In this document: piece by piece, positions 48,859 to 58,669 of the stretch
Numbering within the stretch: the first letter of the stretch is position 1
Layout of the letters: each line of letters begins with the position of its first letter
Source: Planctomycetota bacterium
GTDB lineage: Bacteria; Planctomycetota; UBA8108; SXIK01
DNA: 64,000 nucleotides
NCBI GenBank assembly: GCA_965223845.1
Contig: CBDCXR010000004.1
Span: 5,760,001-5,824,000 of the forward strand
Direction: 5' to 3'
The notes under the pieces: model-generated
Seen by the model: only the letters and a program-made list of their open reading frames with translations
Databases searched by the model: none
What the model was told of the DNA's origin: nothing
Program-made: the position numbers and the translations under genes

Positions 48859-51800
48859 TCAGTCCGCGGCGGCGGCCGCGGTTGCGAGTGCCTCGGCGAC
48901 GGCCGATGCGTCCCCGAAGAAGAGGGCTTCGATGTCCTGTGTGGCGAGGAGATCGGGACGCCACGGACCGCACCGCTCCGTGACCGCGATCCGGAGTTCC
49001 TCGAGGCGAGTTCCGTGCGCCTCGAGTGCGCGGAGGAGCACGGGGGCGGGCGCGTCTTCGACGAGCGACAGGTGGAGGAGAATGAGAAGCGTCTGCCCCT
49101 CACCCAAAGTGGGCAGGATCAAGATCCTTCGGCCGTCGGTTTGCCCGTAGCCGAGGTGGAGCGCGCGCCGTCGCACGACTCCCCACTTCGTTCCGCTGAG
49201 CTCGCCGCGGTCCTCCGACCGCGAGAGGATCCCGCGGGCGCAACCGCGTTTTTCCACGACTTCGATGGTCGTCGCATCCGTGGGTCGTCCCAGCGCGTCG
49301 AGTCCTCCCACCGAGTAGACGGTGGCGCCGTCGACCTTCAGAACGAGCGAATCGAAGGCCGCGACGAACGCGCGGGTCGATTCGGCGAGTTGCTCGACCG
49401 CGATTCCGGCCGCGCGAAGCTCGTCGCCGATCGCTCCCCTCGTCGCCTCGGAGCGAGAGATTCCGACGGTCACGGTCTTCGCTTGATGTTTGATCGCGTC
49501 GATCGGCCGCGCGAGCTCCTGAATAGCATCGGTGAGCGCGGCAAGAATGCGATCGACGGCCGAGCCGCCCAGCTCATCCGGGCTCTGCCGTCCGAGAAGA
49601 ACATCGATCGCGCGCGCGAGGCAAACCGTCGTACCCGACCCGAGGCCGCTGTCGAGCTGACCCGACTCGAGCTCCGCGTGAAACTCGAGTAGCTGTCGCG
49701 CCGATTCCGTGCCGACCCGAAGAACGGAGAGCGGGCTCGCGTCTTCGCTTCGATCCGTTGCGGCTCGCGTGAGCTCGGCGCGCACTCGCCGCAGGGTGTC
49801 GGCGCGAGCATCGAACGCGCGCGCGGCGTAGTAACCGAAGAGGTGGCCGACGACGGTCGGAAGGAGGTACGAAAGCTGTCCGGTGTAGCGAGGGACTCTC
49901 ACCTCGGCGGCCGCGTACGGAGCGAAGCGCTCTTCCCCTTCGTCGCAGATAACGATCGGCAGCGAGTCGTGCGCCTTGAAAATCGCGACCTCCTTCGCCA
50001 TGTCGGAAACGGTCGCCTCGCTCGCGCCGCTCGCGCAGACGAGAACGAGCGGCTCGGAGGAGAGATCGATGTGTTTCTTGTCCTCGATGAAGTCGGTGGC
50101 GATCGATTTGTAGCAGAGCTCGCTCAGCTTGATGCGAATCTCGTCGGCGGAGATCTTCGTCGCACCGCTTCCGACGATCGCCCAGTACATCCGGCCGAGC
50201 GCGCAGCGCGTCGCGATCGCTTCGACCTCGCCGCGCCGCTCGAGCGTTCGCGCCATCGCTTCGGGAAGCTCTTCGAGAGCGCGGAGGCGCGAGCGTGCCT
50301 CGTCGAGAGTCGTGACTCCGAGCTCGATCGCGAGCGCCTGCGCGAGCACCTCGCCCGCGACGTTTTGCGCGTAGAAGGCCTTCGTCGACGCGACCGACAT
50401 CTCGATATCGCGGCCGTCCGAGGTGTAGAGCACTCCGTGCGACTTGTAGACGAGGTCCGAGTTCCGTCGGTTGACGATTCCGAGCACCCAGGCGCCGCGC
50501 TCCCGCGCGAGGTCGACCGTGCGATTCGTGTCGGTCGTCGTTCCCGACTGCGAGATCGCGATGACGAGAGTGTCGGAGAGATCGCCCGAAAGGTGATGAG
50601 CGGACAGCTCCGTCGCCTTGGTGTCGATGATCGTGAACGGTCGCTCGCGTCCGTCGAGAGCTGAGCGCATGAGATAGGCGACGCCGCTCGCTGCGATCGC
50701 CGCCGTCCCCTGTCCGATGACGTAGATGCGGCGGACGGTTTCCGCGCGGAGTGCGTCGAGGAGCTCCCGCGGGAGGACGTCTTCTCCGAGGAGCGACTGG
50801 ACGTCGCCGTTCGCCCCGACGGCGAACTTTCCGCGGATGGTCTTTCGCACCGTGTCGACCGACTCGGAAATCTCCTTGGCGAGAAAGTGCGCGTGTTCGC
50901 CGCGGTTGATGTCGCGCGTCGTGATTTCTGCGATGCGAACGCGCTCCTCGGTCATCGGCTCCGGGCCCGACGCACCGACGACCTGCATTTCGACTCCGGC
51001 CCCGCGCGAGTCGAGGACGAAGAGCTCTCCTTCGGGAGAGTGCTCGCCCTCCGCTTTCACGTAGCGCCCGGTGGTCTCGACGAGACCGTACATCTCGGAC
51101 GCCGCGGCGACACCGTCGGGCGCGAGCCCGAAGTACAGGCCCTGGCCGCTTCCCTTCTGCCCGAAGAGCGTCACGCCGGGAAGATCGGCGGCGATGAGGC
51201 CGATGGCCATCGAGCCTTCGAACTCGGCGAACGCGCGCCGGAAGGCTTCGACGACGTCGCCGCAGCCTTCGAAGTGGTGCTGAACGACGACGGGGATGAT
51301 CTTGGCGTCGGTGGTGAGCTGCTCGTCGAGTCGACGATCGCGTCCGTCGATGTAGCGCGCGCGCAGGTCTTGGTAGTTGTCGATGTCGCCGTTCAGCGCG
51401 GCGACGAACTCGCCGCCGTGGATTCGCTGGCCATCCGCATCGAGGAGTGCGCTATCGACCGGATGGCAGTTCTCCTCGGAGATCACACCGTTCGACGCCC
51501 AGCGCGTGTGCGCGAGGATTTGGAGTTCGACGTCTTCGGTGGCCGCCGCGGCGAAGAGTTGGTCGTCGAGGATCGCACGCCGGAGCGCCGCGACGTTGTC
51601 GCCCATCTTCCCGATTTCGCTCGCGGTCTTGAATGCAAAGAGAAGCGTGTCGCGACGGCTCGCGGGCTGAACGACCGCGCCGCCCGTGAACGCGCCGGCC
51701 GAGCGCAGCGCGACTTCGTGTCGCCAGCCGGAGCTCTCGTCGGGGCCGTCGAGAAAGCTCTCGAGCTCCCCCGCGCCCGGAAACCGGACATAGACCGCAA

Positions 51801-52362
51801 TCCCCGCGGAGTCCCGTCCGCGCACCTCGAGGCGATTGAGGCTCGAGAGGAAGAGATGGAGCTGCCACGCGCGCTCCATCGCGCGATCGGTCGTGCGAGT
51901 CGCTAGCTCGGCGTCCAGTGCCGGTCCAGCGAGCTCGCGAACGGCGTCGAGCTCAGCGAGACAATCTTGCTCGATCTGCCAGACGACGTCGCGCGCCGCG
52001 ACGATCAGGCGGCGCGCGAATTCCCAATCGCGCTGTCGCGAGAGCTCGGCGCTTGCGAGTGCGGCGTCGAGCGACTCGGCCCACTCGCCGAGGTCCCGCG
52101 CGGCGCACTCGAGTCGCGCGGCGAGGTCGCCATCGCGAAGGACGCGAAGAAACCCGGATCGTTGGACCCACGCGTACGATCTCTCTCGCACGTTCGCCAT
52201 CGTGCCGTCGACCGAGTCGCGTTCGGCGTCCGACAGACCCGCCAGACGGTCGAGCCAGGCGCCTGGATCGAGCGCGCACAACTCGCGGACGCCCGCGAAG
52301 AAAGCGTCGTCCGCCAGGTCGAGTTCGGTTCCACCGCTCGCAAATCCAAAGATGCCACACAT
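48859..52362 (-). CDS. glmS: enlarged glutamine--fructose-6-phosphate aminotransferase-like protein
   Basis: MCGI, LEVRGRDSAG, HTRWAS, NGDIDNY, ISQSGTTTDT, VASTKAF, AKTVTV; 1167 aa. Confidence 0.85.
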   Translation of the reverse strand: MCGIFGFASGGTELDLADDAFFAGVRELCALDPGAWLDRLAGLSDAERDSVDGTMANVRERSYAWVQRSGFLRVLRDGDLAARLECAARDLGEWAESLDAALASAELSRQRDWEFARRLIVAARDVVWQIEQDCLAELDAVRELAGPALDAELATRTTDRAMERAWQLHLFLSSLNRLEVRGRDSAGIAVYVRFPGAGELESFLDGPDESSGWRHEVALRSAGAFTGGAVVQPASRRDTLLFAFKTASEIGKMGDNVAALRRAILDDQLFAAAATEDVELQILAHTRWASNGVISEENCHPVDSALLDADGQRIHGGEFVAALNGDIDNYQDLRARYIDGRDRRLDEQLTTDAKIIPVVVQHHFEGCGDVVEAFRRAFAEFEGSMAIGLIAADLPGVTLFGQKGSGQGLYFGLAPDGVAAASEMYGLVETTGRYVKAEGEHSPEGELFVLDSRGAGVEMQVVGASGPEPMTEERVRIAEITTRDINRGEHAHFLAKEISESVDTVRKTIRGKFAVGANGDVQSLLGEDVLPRELLDALRAETVRRIYVIGQGTAAIAASGVAYLMRSALDGRERPFTIIDTKATELSAHHLSGDLSDTLVIAISQSGTTTDTNRTVDLARERGAWVLGIVNRRNSDLVYKSHGVLYTSDGRDIEMSVASTKAFYAQNVAGEVLAQALAIELGVTTLDEARSRLRALEELPEAMARTLERRGEVEAIATRCALGRMYWAIVGSGATKISADEIRIKLSELCYKSIATDFIEDKKHIDLSSEPLVLVCASGASEATVSDMAKEVAIFKAHDSLPIVICDEGEERFAPYAAAEVRVPRYTGQLSYLLPTVVGHLFGYYAARAFDARADTLRRVRAELTRAATDRSEDASPLSVLRVGTESARQLLEFHAELESGQLDSGLGSGTTVCLARAIDVLLGRQSPDELGGSAVDRILAALTDAIQELARPIDAIKHQAKTVTVGISRSEATRGAIGDELRAAGIAVEQLAESTRAFVAAFDSLVLKVDGATVYSVGGLDALGRPTDATTIEVVEKRGCARGILSRSEDRGELSGTKWGVVRRRALHLGYGQTDGRRILILPTLGEGQTLLILLHLSLVEDAPAPVLLRALEAHGTRLEELRIAVTERCGPWRPDLLATQDIEALFFGDASAVAEALATAAAAAD

Positions 52363-52558
52363 GAATCGAGGTCCTCGAACCGTACCGGGATCGTCGATGC
52401 ACCGGAGGCGTGCACTCGGGAGAGACGAGCGTTCCCCATTGCGTCTGGGGCGCTCCGTCGAGCCCGTTTTTTTCGGGAAGGCGACAAGCCGAAGAAGAAT
52501 ACCCCGGAGAACGCGGCGATCAACTTCCGAGTAGATCGATCGCGACCTTCTCGTCGAA

Positions 52559-54547
52559 TCAGCGCGGGTCTTTCTCTGGACGAGAGGCGACTTCGTTCGT
52601 AGCCGCCCATTCGACGCCGGCGCAGAGGAGGTGCGCGAATCCTGCCGTCTCTCTCGCCTTTCGATCGTGACCGAGCGCGATCACGACGACGCGGCCCTTC
52701 CCGGCGGTCGATGTCCAGGCGAGCGGCTCCTCTCGGCCGCTCCAGTCCGAGTGCGCACTCGCGAGAACATCGATCGGTCGATCGCCTTGGAGTCGCGCGT
52801 AGAGCTCGTCCTCGATCTCGAAATCCTTTAGCCCGCGGGTGATCGGATGCGGCTCCGTGCGAACTCGGACCTTGAAGCGTGCGGCCGGGCCGTGTCCGGA
52901 AACTTTTTTTCCGTCCTGACGCCGCACCCAGTACCGCCCGAGCATCGTCCGGTATTCCGGCCAGTCTTCCCACGCGTTGAGCGCGAAGTGGAGAGCGACG
53001 AGACCCTTTCCGCCCTCGACGAAGCTCTCGACGTTTCGTCGCGCCGCCTGCGAGAGAGTTTCGCTGAGACGATTGCGTAGGTTCACCACGATCGCGTCGT
53101 AGGAACCTAGCGTGCTCGCCTCGAGGACCGCAGGCTCTTCGCTCACGACGACCTCGAACCGACCCGACTTCTCGAGTCGCTCGCGCGTCACCGCCGTCGT
53201 CGTTCGCCAGTCGTGAGCGGGGACGTCGCGCCCGGTGACGATGAGAACGCGAAGCTTCGGCGATTCGCCGGCCGGAGCTCGGTCGGGCGGCTTCGCCGAA
53301 TCGGAAGCGGACGCTGCGAGGAGACGGAGCTCGCTCGGATCCACGTTCTCCGAACAGAGCATCCGCGCACGAGCATCGCCGCGAAGGTATCCTTCGAAAA
53401 ACGCGGTCGAATAGCCGTTGATGATGCGCTTCGCGACATCGATCGAGAGAAAGCCGTCGCCGATTCCATCGCCGAAATCGGGGTCGATTCGATCCATGTC
53501 GGAGAACGAGAAGTGCCCCGCGCGCTCCAGGTTGAGAAGATACCGCGGTCCCGTGCAGTCGTGGTAGTACGCCGAGCTCAGGCCGTTTCCCGCCGCCTTC
53601 ACGGTGTCGTCGAGGCCCGCGAGCATCACGAAGATCGGAGTCGCTCCCGGTGCGCTTCCGAGCGCGACGGTCATCGGAATCGCCGCTTTCACGCGCGGAT
53701 CGGTCTCCGCGACTCGACACGCGGTGAATCCGCCGAAGGAGTGTCCGAGGACGCCGATCGCGCTCGCATCGATCGCGTTCGCGAAGCGCTCGAGCGCGCT
53801 CTCGGTTTTTCCGAGAAAGCAATCGATCAGGTAGCTGACGTCGGCCGGTCGATCGATCGCCGAGCGGTTGCGCGCGGAGCCTCCGCGTTTGTAAGGGAGA
53901 ACGCGATCGGCGAAGACGGTCACGCCTGCGTTTCCGGTGTGGTCCGGGCTCGCGACGACGTAGCCGTGACTCGCTAGGTGCTCGACCTGAAAGACGCTTT
54001 GATGGCGGATGCCGCCGTTTCCGTGAGAAAAGACGAGCAGCGGAAAGCGGCCCGCTCTCTGAGCGGCGCCCCGCACGGCACGGCAGACGAATCGCCGATT
54101 CGTCTCTTCGAGAGTTCCGCCGAAGTGCTCGACGAACGACTTCGCCGCATCGTCGTGCCCGCGAAAAAACTCGACGAAGCTCGTCGCGGGCTTCGATCGC
54201 GCCGCCTCGACGGCCGGATACCAAACTTCCGTGACGAGGGTGCGTGGTCCGCCGGCGTAGACGTCGTCGCGGGACGCATCGACGACGACGAAGGTCTGCA
54301 CTCCGACCGGATACGGCCCCGGTTTCGCGTACGCCCCGAGCTGAGAGGCGCCTTGCGCGTTTGCGAGCTCGCGGCGCGCCGACGTCTCTCGTTCGTTCGC
54401 GGACGCGACCGCAAACACGAATAGAGAGAGAACGAAGGCTGAGCGAACGCCGAACGGTCGCCGTTGCGATGTCGAGTGACGAGAACGCATCGGAGATGCT
54501 CCTGCTGCAATCGGCGCGGGGCTCGATCGATGACGGATGCGGCTCAC
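52559..54547 (-). CDS. secreted alpha/beta hydrolase fused to ThuA-like domain
   Basis: PGPYPVG, LLVFSHGNGG, GHSFGG nucleophile, AGHFSFSD; C-terminal VLIVTG...HDW...GKGLVALH...DELY...GKGRV...LGH. GTG 54547 overlaps the upstream stop; alternative ATG 54490. Confidence 0.88.
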   Translation of the reverse strand: MSRIRHRSSPAPIAAGASPMRSRHSTSQRRPFGVRSAFVLSLFVFAVASANERETSARRELANAQGASQLGAYAKPGPYPVGVQTFVVVDASRDDVYAGGPRTLVTEVWYPAVEAARSKPATSFVEFFRGHDDAAKSFVEHFGGTLEETNRRFVCRAVRGAAQRAGRFPLLVFSHGNGGIRHQSVFQVEHLASHGYVVASPDHTGNAGVTVFADRVLPYKRGGSARNRSAIDRPADVSYLIDCFLGKTESALERFANAIDASAIGVLGHSFGGFTACRVAETDPRVKAAIPMTVALGSAPGATPIFVMLAGLDDTVKAAGNGLSSAYYHDCTGPRYLLNLERAGHFSFSDMDRIDPDFGDGIGDGFLSIDVAKRIINGYSTAFFEGYLRGDARARMLCSENVDPSELRLLAASASDSAKPPDRAPAGESPKLRVLIVTGRDVPAHDWRTTTAVTRERLEKSGRFEVVVSEEPAVLEASTLGSYDAIVVNLRNRLSETLSQAARRNVESFVEGGKGLVALHFALNAWEDWPEYRTMLGRYWVRRQDGKKVSGHGPAARFKVRVRTEPHPITRGLKDFEIEDELYARLQGDRPIDVLASAHSDWSGREEPLAWTSTAGKGRVVVIALGHDRKARETAGFAHLLCAGVEWAATNEVASRPEKDPR

Positions 54548-55887
54548 TCCGCGCGACTTCCGAGACGCAGCTCGAGCGTCACCGGCTTCCCGTCGCGGAC
54601 CACCTGCAGCTCGAGGAGGTCGCCGGGATGGTACGACTTGAGGAGCGCGGTGAGATCGACCGTCGACATGACCGACTTCATCGCCACCGTGCGGATCACG
54701 TCTTCGGGCTGAAGGCCCGCCACGGCCGCGGGTCCGTTCTTCACGATCTCATCGATCACGACCCCTTCGACGGGATCGACCACCGTGCGCGCCTGGAGTC
54801 CCAAGTACGGCTTCGCCCCTTCGTAGAGGGCTGCCTTCAGCTCCACTCCGTGATCGTCGCGGAGAACGCGCACCGTCACCCAGGAGCCCGCCGGGTAGGT
54901 TCCGATGATTCCGTGGAAGCGGTTCTCGGTCGTCGCGCGCAGGCCGTCGATCGACACCAGGCGGTCGCCTGCGCGGAATCCGTAGCGGTCGGCGGGCGAT
55001 TTCGCATCGACGCGGACGATCGGAAGACCTTCGCCCGAACCGACGCGCCGGCCGACGTGGAGGCCGTGAATCCGGCCGTGGCGGACCGCACCACCACCGG
55101 CGCGCTTGAGAGGTTCGAGAAAACGGCGGATCTGGTTGCTCGGGATCGCGTAGCCGACACCGGCGTTGATGCCGACGCCGAACGGATTCTCGATCTTGCC
55201 GTTGATTCCGACGACCTTTCCGTCGAGGGACAGAAGCGGTCCTCCGGAGTTGCCGGGGTTGACCGCCGCGTCGACCTGGATCGAGTCCGGGTAGGCGTGG
55301 GAGTAGCGGTGAACGGCGCTCACGATTCCGAAGGAAACGGCTGGCTCGTAGTCGGGCGGTGCGTCCTTCAAGAAGAGCTCCTGCGAACCGACGAGAAACG
55401 GATCGCCGACGGCGATCACCGGCTGTCCGATCTCGAGACGGTCCGAGTCGCCGAGCGTGAGGTGCGGCCGCCCGGGCGGCTCCCTGAGCTTCAAGAGCGC
55501 GAGATCACCGCCGGGATCGTGGCCGACGAGATCGGCCAAGAGATGTTTCCCGCGACGGAATTTGACGAGGAGCGCTTTCCGAACTCCGCCTCGTCCCATC
55601 ACGACGTGCTCGTTGGTGAGAACATAGCCGTCCTCGCTGACGAGAAATCCCGAGCCGCCCTGGATGAAGACGACGCTCTCCATAACTCGATCAACGGTTT
55701 CGACGAGCTTCGCCTCGAGCTGGCGAAGGCGTTCGAGGTCGCTGCTCGGGGGGAGGTCGAGGGAGCTCGTCGCCACGGGCGGAGCCTCGGCGGCGTTCGC
55801 TGCCTCACCGCCGATTTCGCTCGCGCGGAGTGCCGCCGCTCCGGCGAAGAGGAAAACCATCGCGAGGATCGAGCGGGACGCGATCAC
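54544..55887 (-). CDS. HtrA/S1C serine protease with two PDZ domains (intact triad)
   Basis: GGSGFLVS, LTNEHVV, GDLALL, VNPGNSGGPL; GTG 55887 overlaps the upstream stop. Confidence 0.92.
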   Translation of the reverse strand: MIASRSILAMVFLFAGAAALRASEIGGEAANAAEAPPVATSSLDLPPSSDLERLRQLEAKLVETVDRVMESVVFIQGGSGFLVSEDGYVLTNEHVVMGRGGVRKALLVKFRRGKHLLADLVGHDPGGDLALLKLREPPGRPHLTLGDSDRLEIGQPVIAVGDPFLVGSQELFLKDAPPDYEPAVSFGIVSAVHRYSHAYPDSIQVDAAVNPGNSGGPLLSLDGKVVGINGKIENPFGVGINAGVGYAIPSNQIRRFLEPLKRAGGGAVRHGRIHGLHVGRRVGSGEGLPIVRVDAKSPADRYGFRAGDRLVSIDGLRATTENRFHGIIGTYPAGSWVTVRVLRDDHGVELKAALYEGAKPYLGLQARTVVDPVEGVVIDEIVKNGPAAVAGLQPEDVIRTVAMKSVMSTVDLTALLKSYHPGDLLELQVVRDGKPVTLELRLGSRAE

Positions 55888-57062
55888 GGGTTCCTCCTCG
55901 CTCCGAGCACGGCGTCGGTGGTGAGCGCGTCGCCGTCGCGGAGAAGTTCGATGTGGATGCTGTCTCCCGGCTTCTTGAAGAAGATCACTCGGCGAAGGTG
56001 GTCGAAGTTGTCGATCTCGATCCCATCGATCTTCAGAATGCGGTCGCCGCCTCGCAGGCCGGCCTTTGCCGCTCCGCTGTCCGGGAACACATCGCGTACG
56101 AGTGCGCCGGTCTCCCGAAAGTCGCTCTGATCCCAATAGATGCCGAGAAACGTCCGTGGTGGCGCGGAGATGGTCTCGCCGCGCTTGAGGCGCGGAAGGA
56201 TCTCGAGGAGGGTCGAGATGGTCGTTCCGAATCCCACCCCCGAGTTGATCCCCCACTGCGGCTGATGGTGGCCGACGAAGCTCGCGATCGCGACGACTTC
56301 GCCACTCAAATTGAGGAGCGGTCCGCCGACGTTTCCGTAGTTCAGCTCGGCGTCAGTTTGAAACGCTCGGCCACCGTTCCGGCCCATCGCGCTCACGATG
56401 CCCCGGGTCACGGTGAGGCGTCGGGGATCCGGCGATCGGCCGAGCGCGTAGACGAACTGCCCGGCTCGCGGCTTTCCTGCCGCCGCGAGTGGGAGCGCAG
56501 TGAGTCTCGGCATGGGTGCGGACTCGACCGTCACCGCCGCGTTCCGCTGCTCGGCGGGTGAGTTCGTCTCGCCTCGCTCCTCGTCGTCGTTCGACTCCGA
56601 CCGGATCGCGAGAAGCGCGACGTCGTCGAGCTCGCTCCGCCCGCGGATCTCCGCCGCGTGCTCGGTTCCGTCGGGGAGGATCACCGTGATCGACTTCAGC
56701 TTTCCCGCAACGTTGTAGAGACTCGTCAGGATGAGCCCGCTCGTATCGACGACGAAGCCGCTTACGACGTCTTTCGGGCGCTGGAAGTATGCCTTCGCCT
56801 CGTTGGGGCGGAGTCGCTGCGCCACGCGAGCCGCGGGGAGATCGCCGTCTTTCTCTCGCTCGACTCGCACTGCGACGGTAGCGGCCGCAGCGGCCTCGAG
56901 CAGATCGCCGAGCGACGAAGGACGGGCGGAAGTCGCTGCTCCCGTCTCCGTCTCCGCTGCGCGCGCGGAGTCGCCCATCGGCGGCGTTCCCGTTACGACG
57001 AGCGCGATCATCGCGGCGAGGAGAGGCGAGATCCATCCCGGCTGATTCGCGGTGCTCGTCAC
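55884..57062 (-). CDS. HtrA/S1C-like protein with one PDZ domain (catalytic His and Ser absent)
   Basis: VSGFVV, LTSLYNV, DDVALL, LNYGNVGGPL, PDZ FLGI; signal-peptide-like N-terminus. Confidence 0.9.
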   Translation of the reverse strand: MTSTANQPGWISPLLAAMIALVVTGTPPMGDSARAAETETGAATSARPSSLGDLLEAAAAATVAVRVEREKDGDLPAARVAQRLRPNEAKAYFQRPKDVVSGFVVDTSGLILTSLYNVAGKLKSITVILPDGTEHAAEIRGRSELDDVALLAIRSESNDDEERGETNSPAEQRNAAVTVESAPMPRLTALPLAAAGKPRAGQFVYALGRSPDPRRLTVTRGIVSAMGRNGGRAFQTDAELNYGNVGGPLLNLSGEVVAIASFVGHHQPQWGINSGVGFGTTISTLLEILPRLKRGETISAPPRTFLGIYWDQSDFRETGALVRDVFPDSGAAKAGLRGGDRILKIDGIEIDNFDHLRRVIFFKKPGDSIHIELLRDGDALTTDAVLGARRNP

Positions 57063-57063
57063 G

Positions 57064-58098
57064 CTAGAACTTCCCCCAGAGGAGAATCTTGACGACGCGC
57101 TCCTTTCCCTCGGCGCGCGTCTTCAGCTCGACCGACTCGCCGGGATGCTTCGCCTTGAGACGGCGGCGAAACTCCGCGGCTGAGGGCACCGGGGCGCCGT
57201 CGATTTCGAGCACGAAAGTCCCCGAGCGGAGCGCCGCTTCGGCCGCGGGGCTGTGGGGATCGACCGCGAGGATCCGCAGTGTTCTCGCGTCGGAGTCTTC
57301 GACGCGAAGCCCGAGGAAGGATCCCGTCGGCGCGATGCGTGCCTCCGGCACCGGTCGTCCCTCGGCCCGGGCGAGCTGCGTCCCGTCTCCGAGCACGTCC
57401 TCACCGACGTGCTCGCGCAAGAGATGTCGGATCGTATCGATCGGAATCGCCGTGCCGAGCCATCGACTCGTCGAGTAATTGAGGCTGAGAACTCCGATCA
57501 ACTGTCCGCGGCGACCGAGGAGCGGGCCCCCGTCCATGCCGTTGTTGACCGGCGCATCGGTCTCGATCACCGCGCCGGTGTGCGTCGCCTCCGATCTCGC
57601 TTCGGCCAGGCGAAAGAGCCCGCTGACGAGGCCGGACGCCATGACGACCTGATCGTCACGCTGGATGCTCTCGAACGCGTTCCCGAGCGTGTAGACGCTC
57701 TCTCCGAGTCGAACCGCCGCGGACCGGCCGATCGTCACGGCCGGGAAACGGGCGGTCTCATCGCTTTCGATGCGAAGGAGCGCGAACTCGAGTGACTTCT
57801 CGAGTCGAACCGGCTTTGCCGTGAGGACGCGCCCACCACGAAGGTAGATGCGGATTCTCGACGCCCCTTCGGGAACGACCGAGGTCGACGTGAGGACGAC
57901 GCCGCGCGAATCGACGATCGTCCCCGTGCCGAAGTAGCGACCGTTCGATGGTCCGCGGCACGTCACGCCGACGACAGCGGGTGACGCGCGGCGATAGACG
58001 GTCTGCGGATTCGGAATCGGTTCGCTCACCTCCGCGGCCCATCCCGCGGGAGCGGGCGCGCGTCCGAGACTGACGGCGACGAACGAGACCGCGAACAT
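57064..58098 (-). CDS. HtrA/S1C-like protein with one PDZ domain (triad degenerate)
   Basis: GTGTIV, LTSTSVV, LEFALL, VNNGMDGGPL, PDZ FLGL; start uncertain. Confidence 0.88.
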   Translation of the reverse strand: MFAVSFVAVSLGRAPAPAGWAAEVSEPIPNPQTVYRRASPAVVGVTCRGPSNGRYFGTGTIVDSRGVVLTSTSVVPEGASRIRIYLRGGRVLTAKPVRLEKSLEFALLRIESDETARFPAVTIGRSAAVRLGESVYTLGNAFESIQRDDQVVMASGLVSGLFRLAEARSEATHTGAVIETDAPVNNGMDGGPLLGRRGQLIGVLSLNYSTSRWLGTAIPIDTIRHLLREHVGEDVLGDGTQLARAEGRPVPEARIAPTGSFLGLRVEDSDARTLRILAVDPHSPAAEAALRSGTFVLEIDGAPVPSAAEFRRRLKAKHPGESVELKTRAEGKERVVKILLWGKF

Positions 58099-58669
58099 CA
58101 CGCCTCGGAGAACGCCCCTCTCCCCCGGGCGCGGACTCGGGCTCCTCCGCGAACGAGTGCACCCGGCCGCGTTCCGTCGCTCTCCGACGGGCGGGGCCTC
58201 GGTTCGGGCTGGGCTCGACGTGGCTTCGAAGTCGTACAAAAAAAATCCGGGGATCGGGAGGCGGGTCGCGGAGGAAGGGTTCGTGACTTGAACGGGACTC
58301 CGGCGTCGAAATCGGGCCTTCGCACGGCGATTGCGCTCGCACAAAGACTTCCACATCCTGAGGTGTTTTGGGGGTTTCGTCAACAACGGCCCGGCGGGCG
58401 CTCGCGTCGGAACTCCGGCGCGCGTTTCCAGTTCGGGGACTCGACGGAGTCGGTTTGGCGGTCGCTCGGTAGGGGCTGGAACTCCACGACCGGATGAACT
58501 CGGTGGCGGCGACGGTAGAATTCGGTCGAAACGCAAGTAGGAGATCCTCAAGGAGCCGCGTCCGGCGAAACGCAGGATTCGTCCATCGTTTGAGTCTCGC
58601 ATGTCGTCGCCGCTACTCGGCTCGTCACTTTGCCGCTCGCCGATCCTCAGCTCACCGTGGAGCGAATCC

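Noticed and set aside
52363-52558. glmS ribozyme upstream of the glmS-like gene
   Set aside because: I could not recognise the conserved ribozyme core; an Infernal search would settle it.
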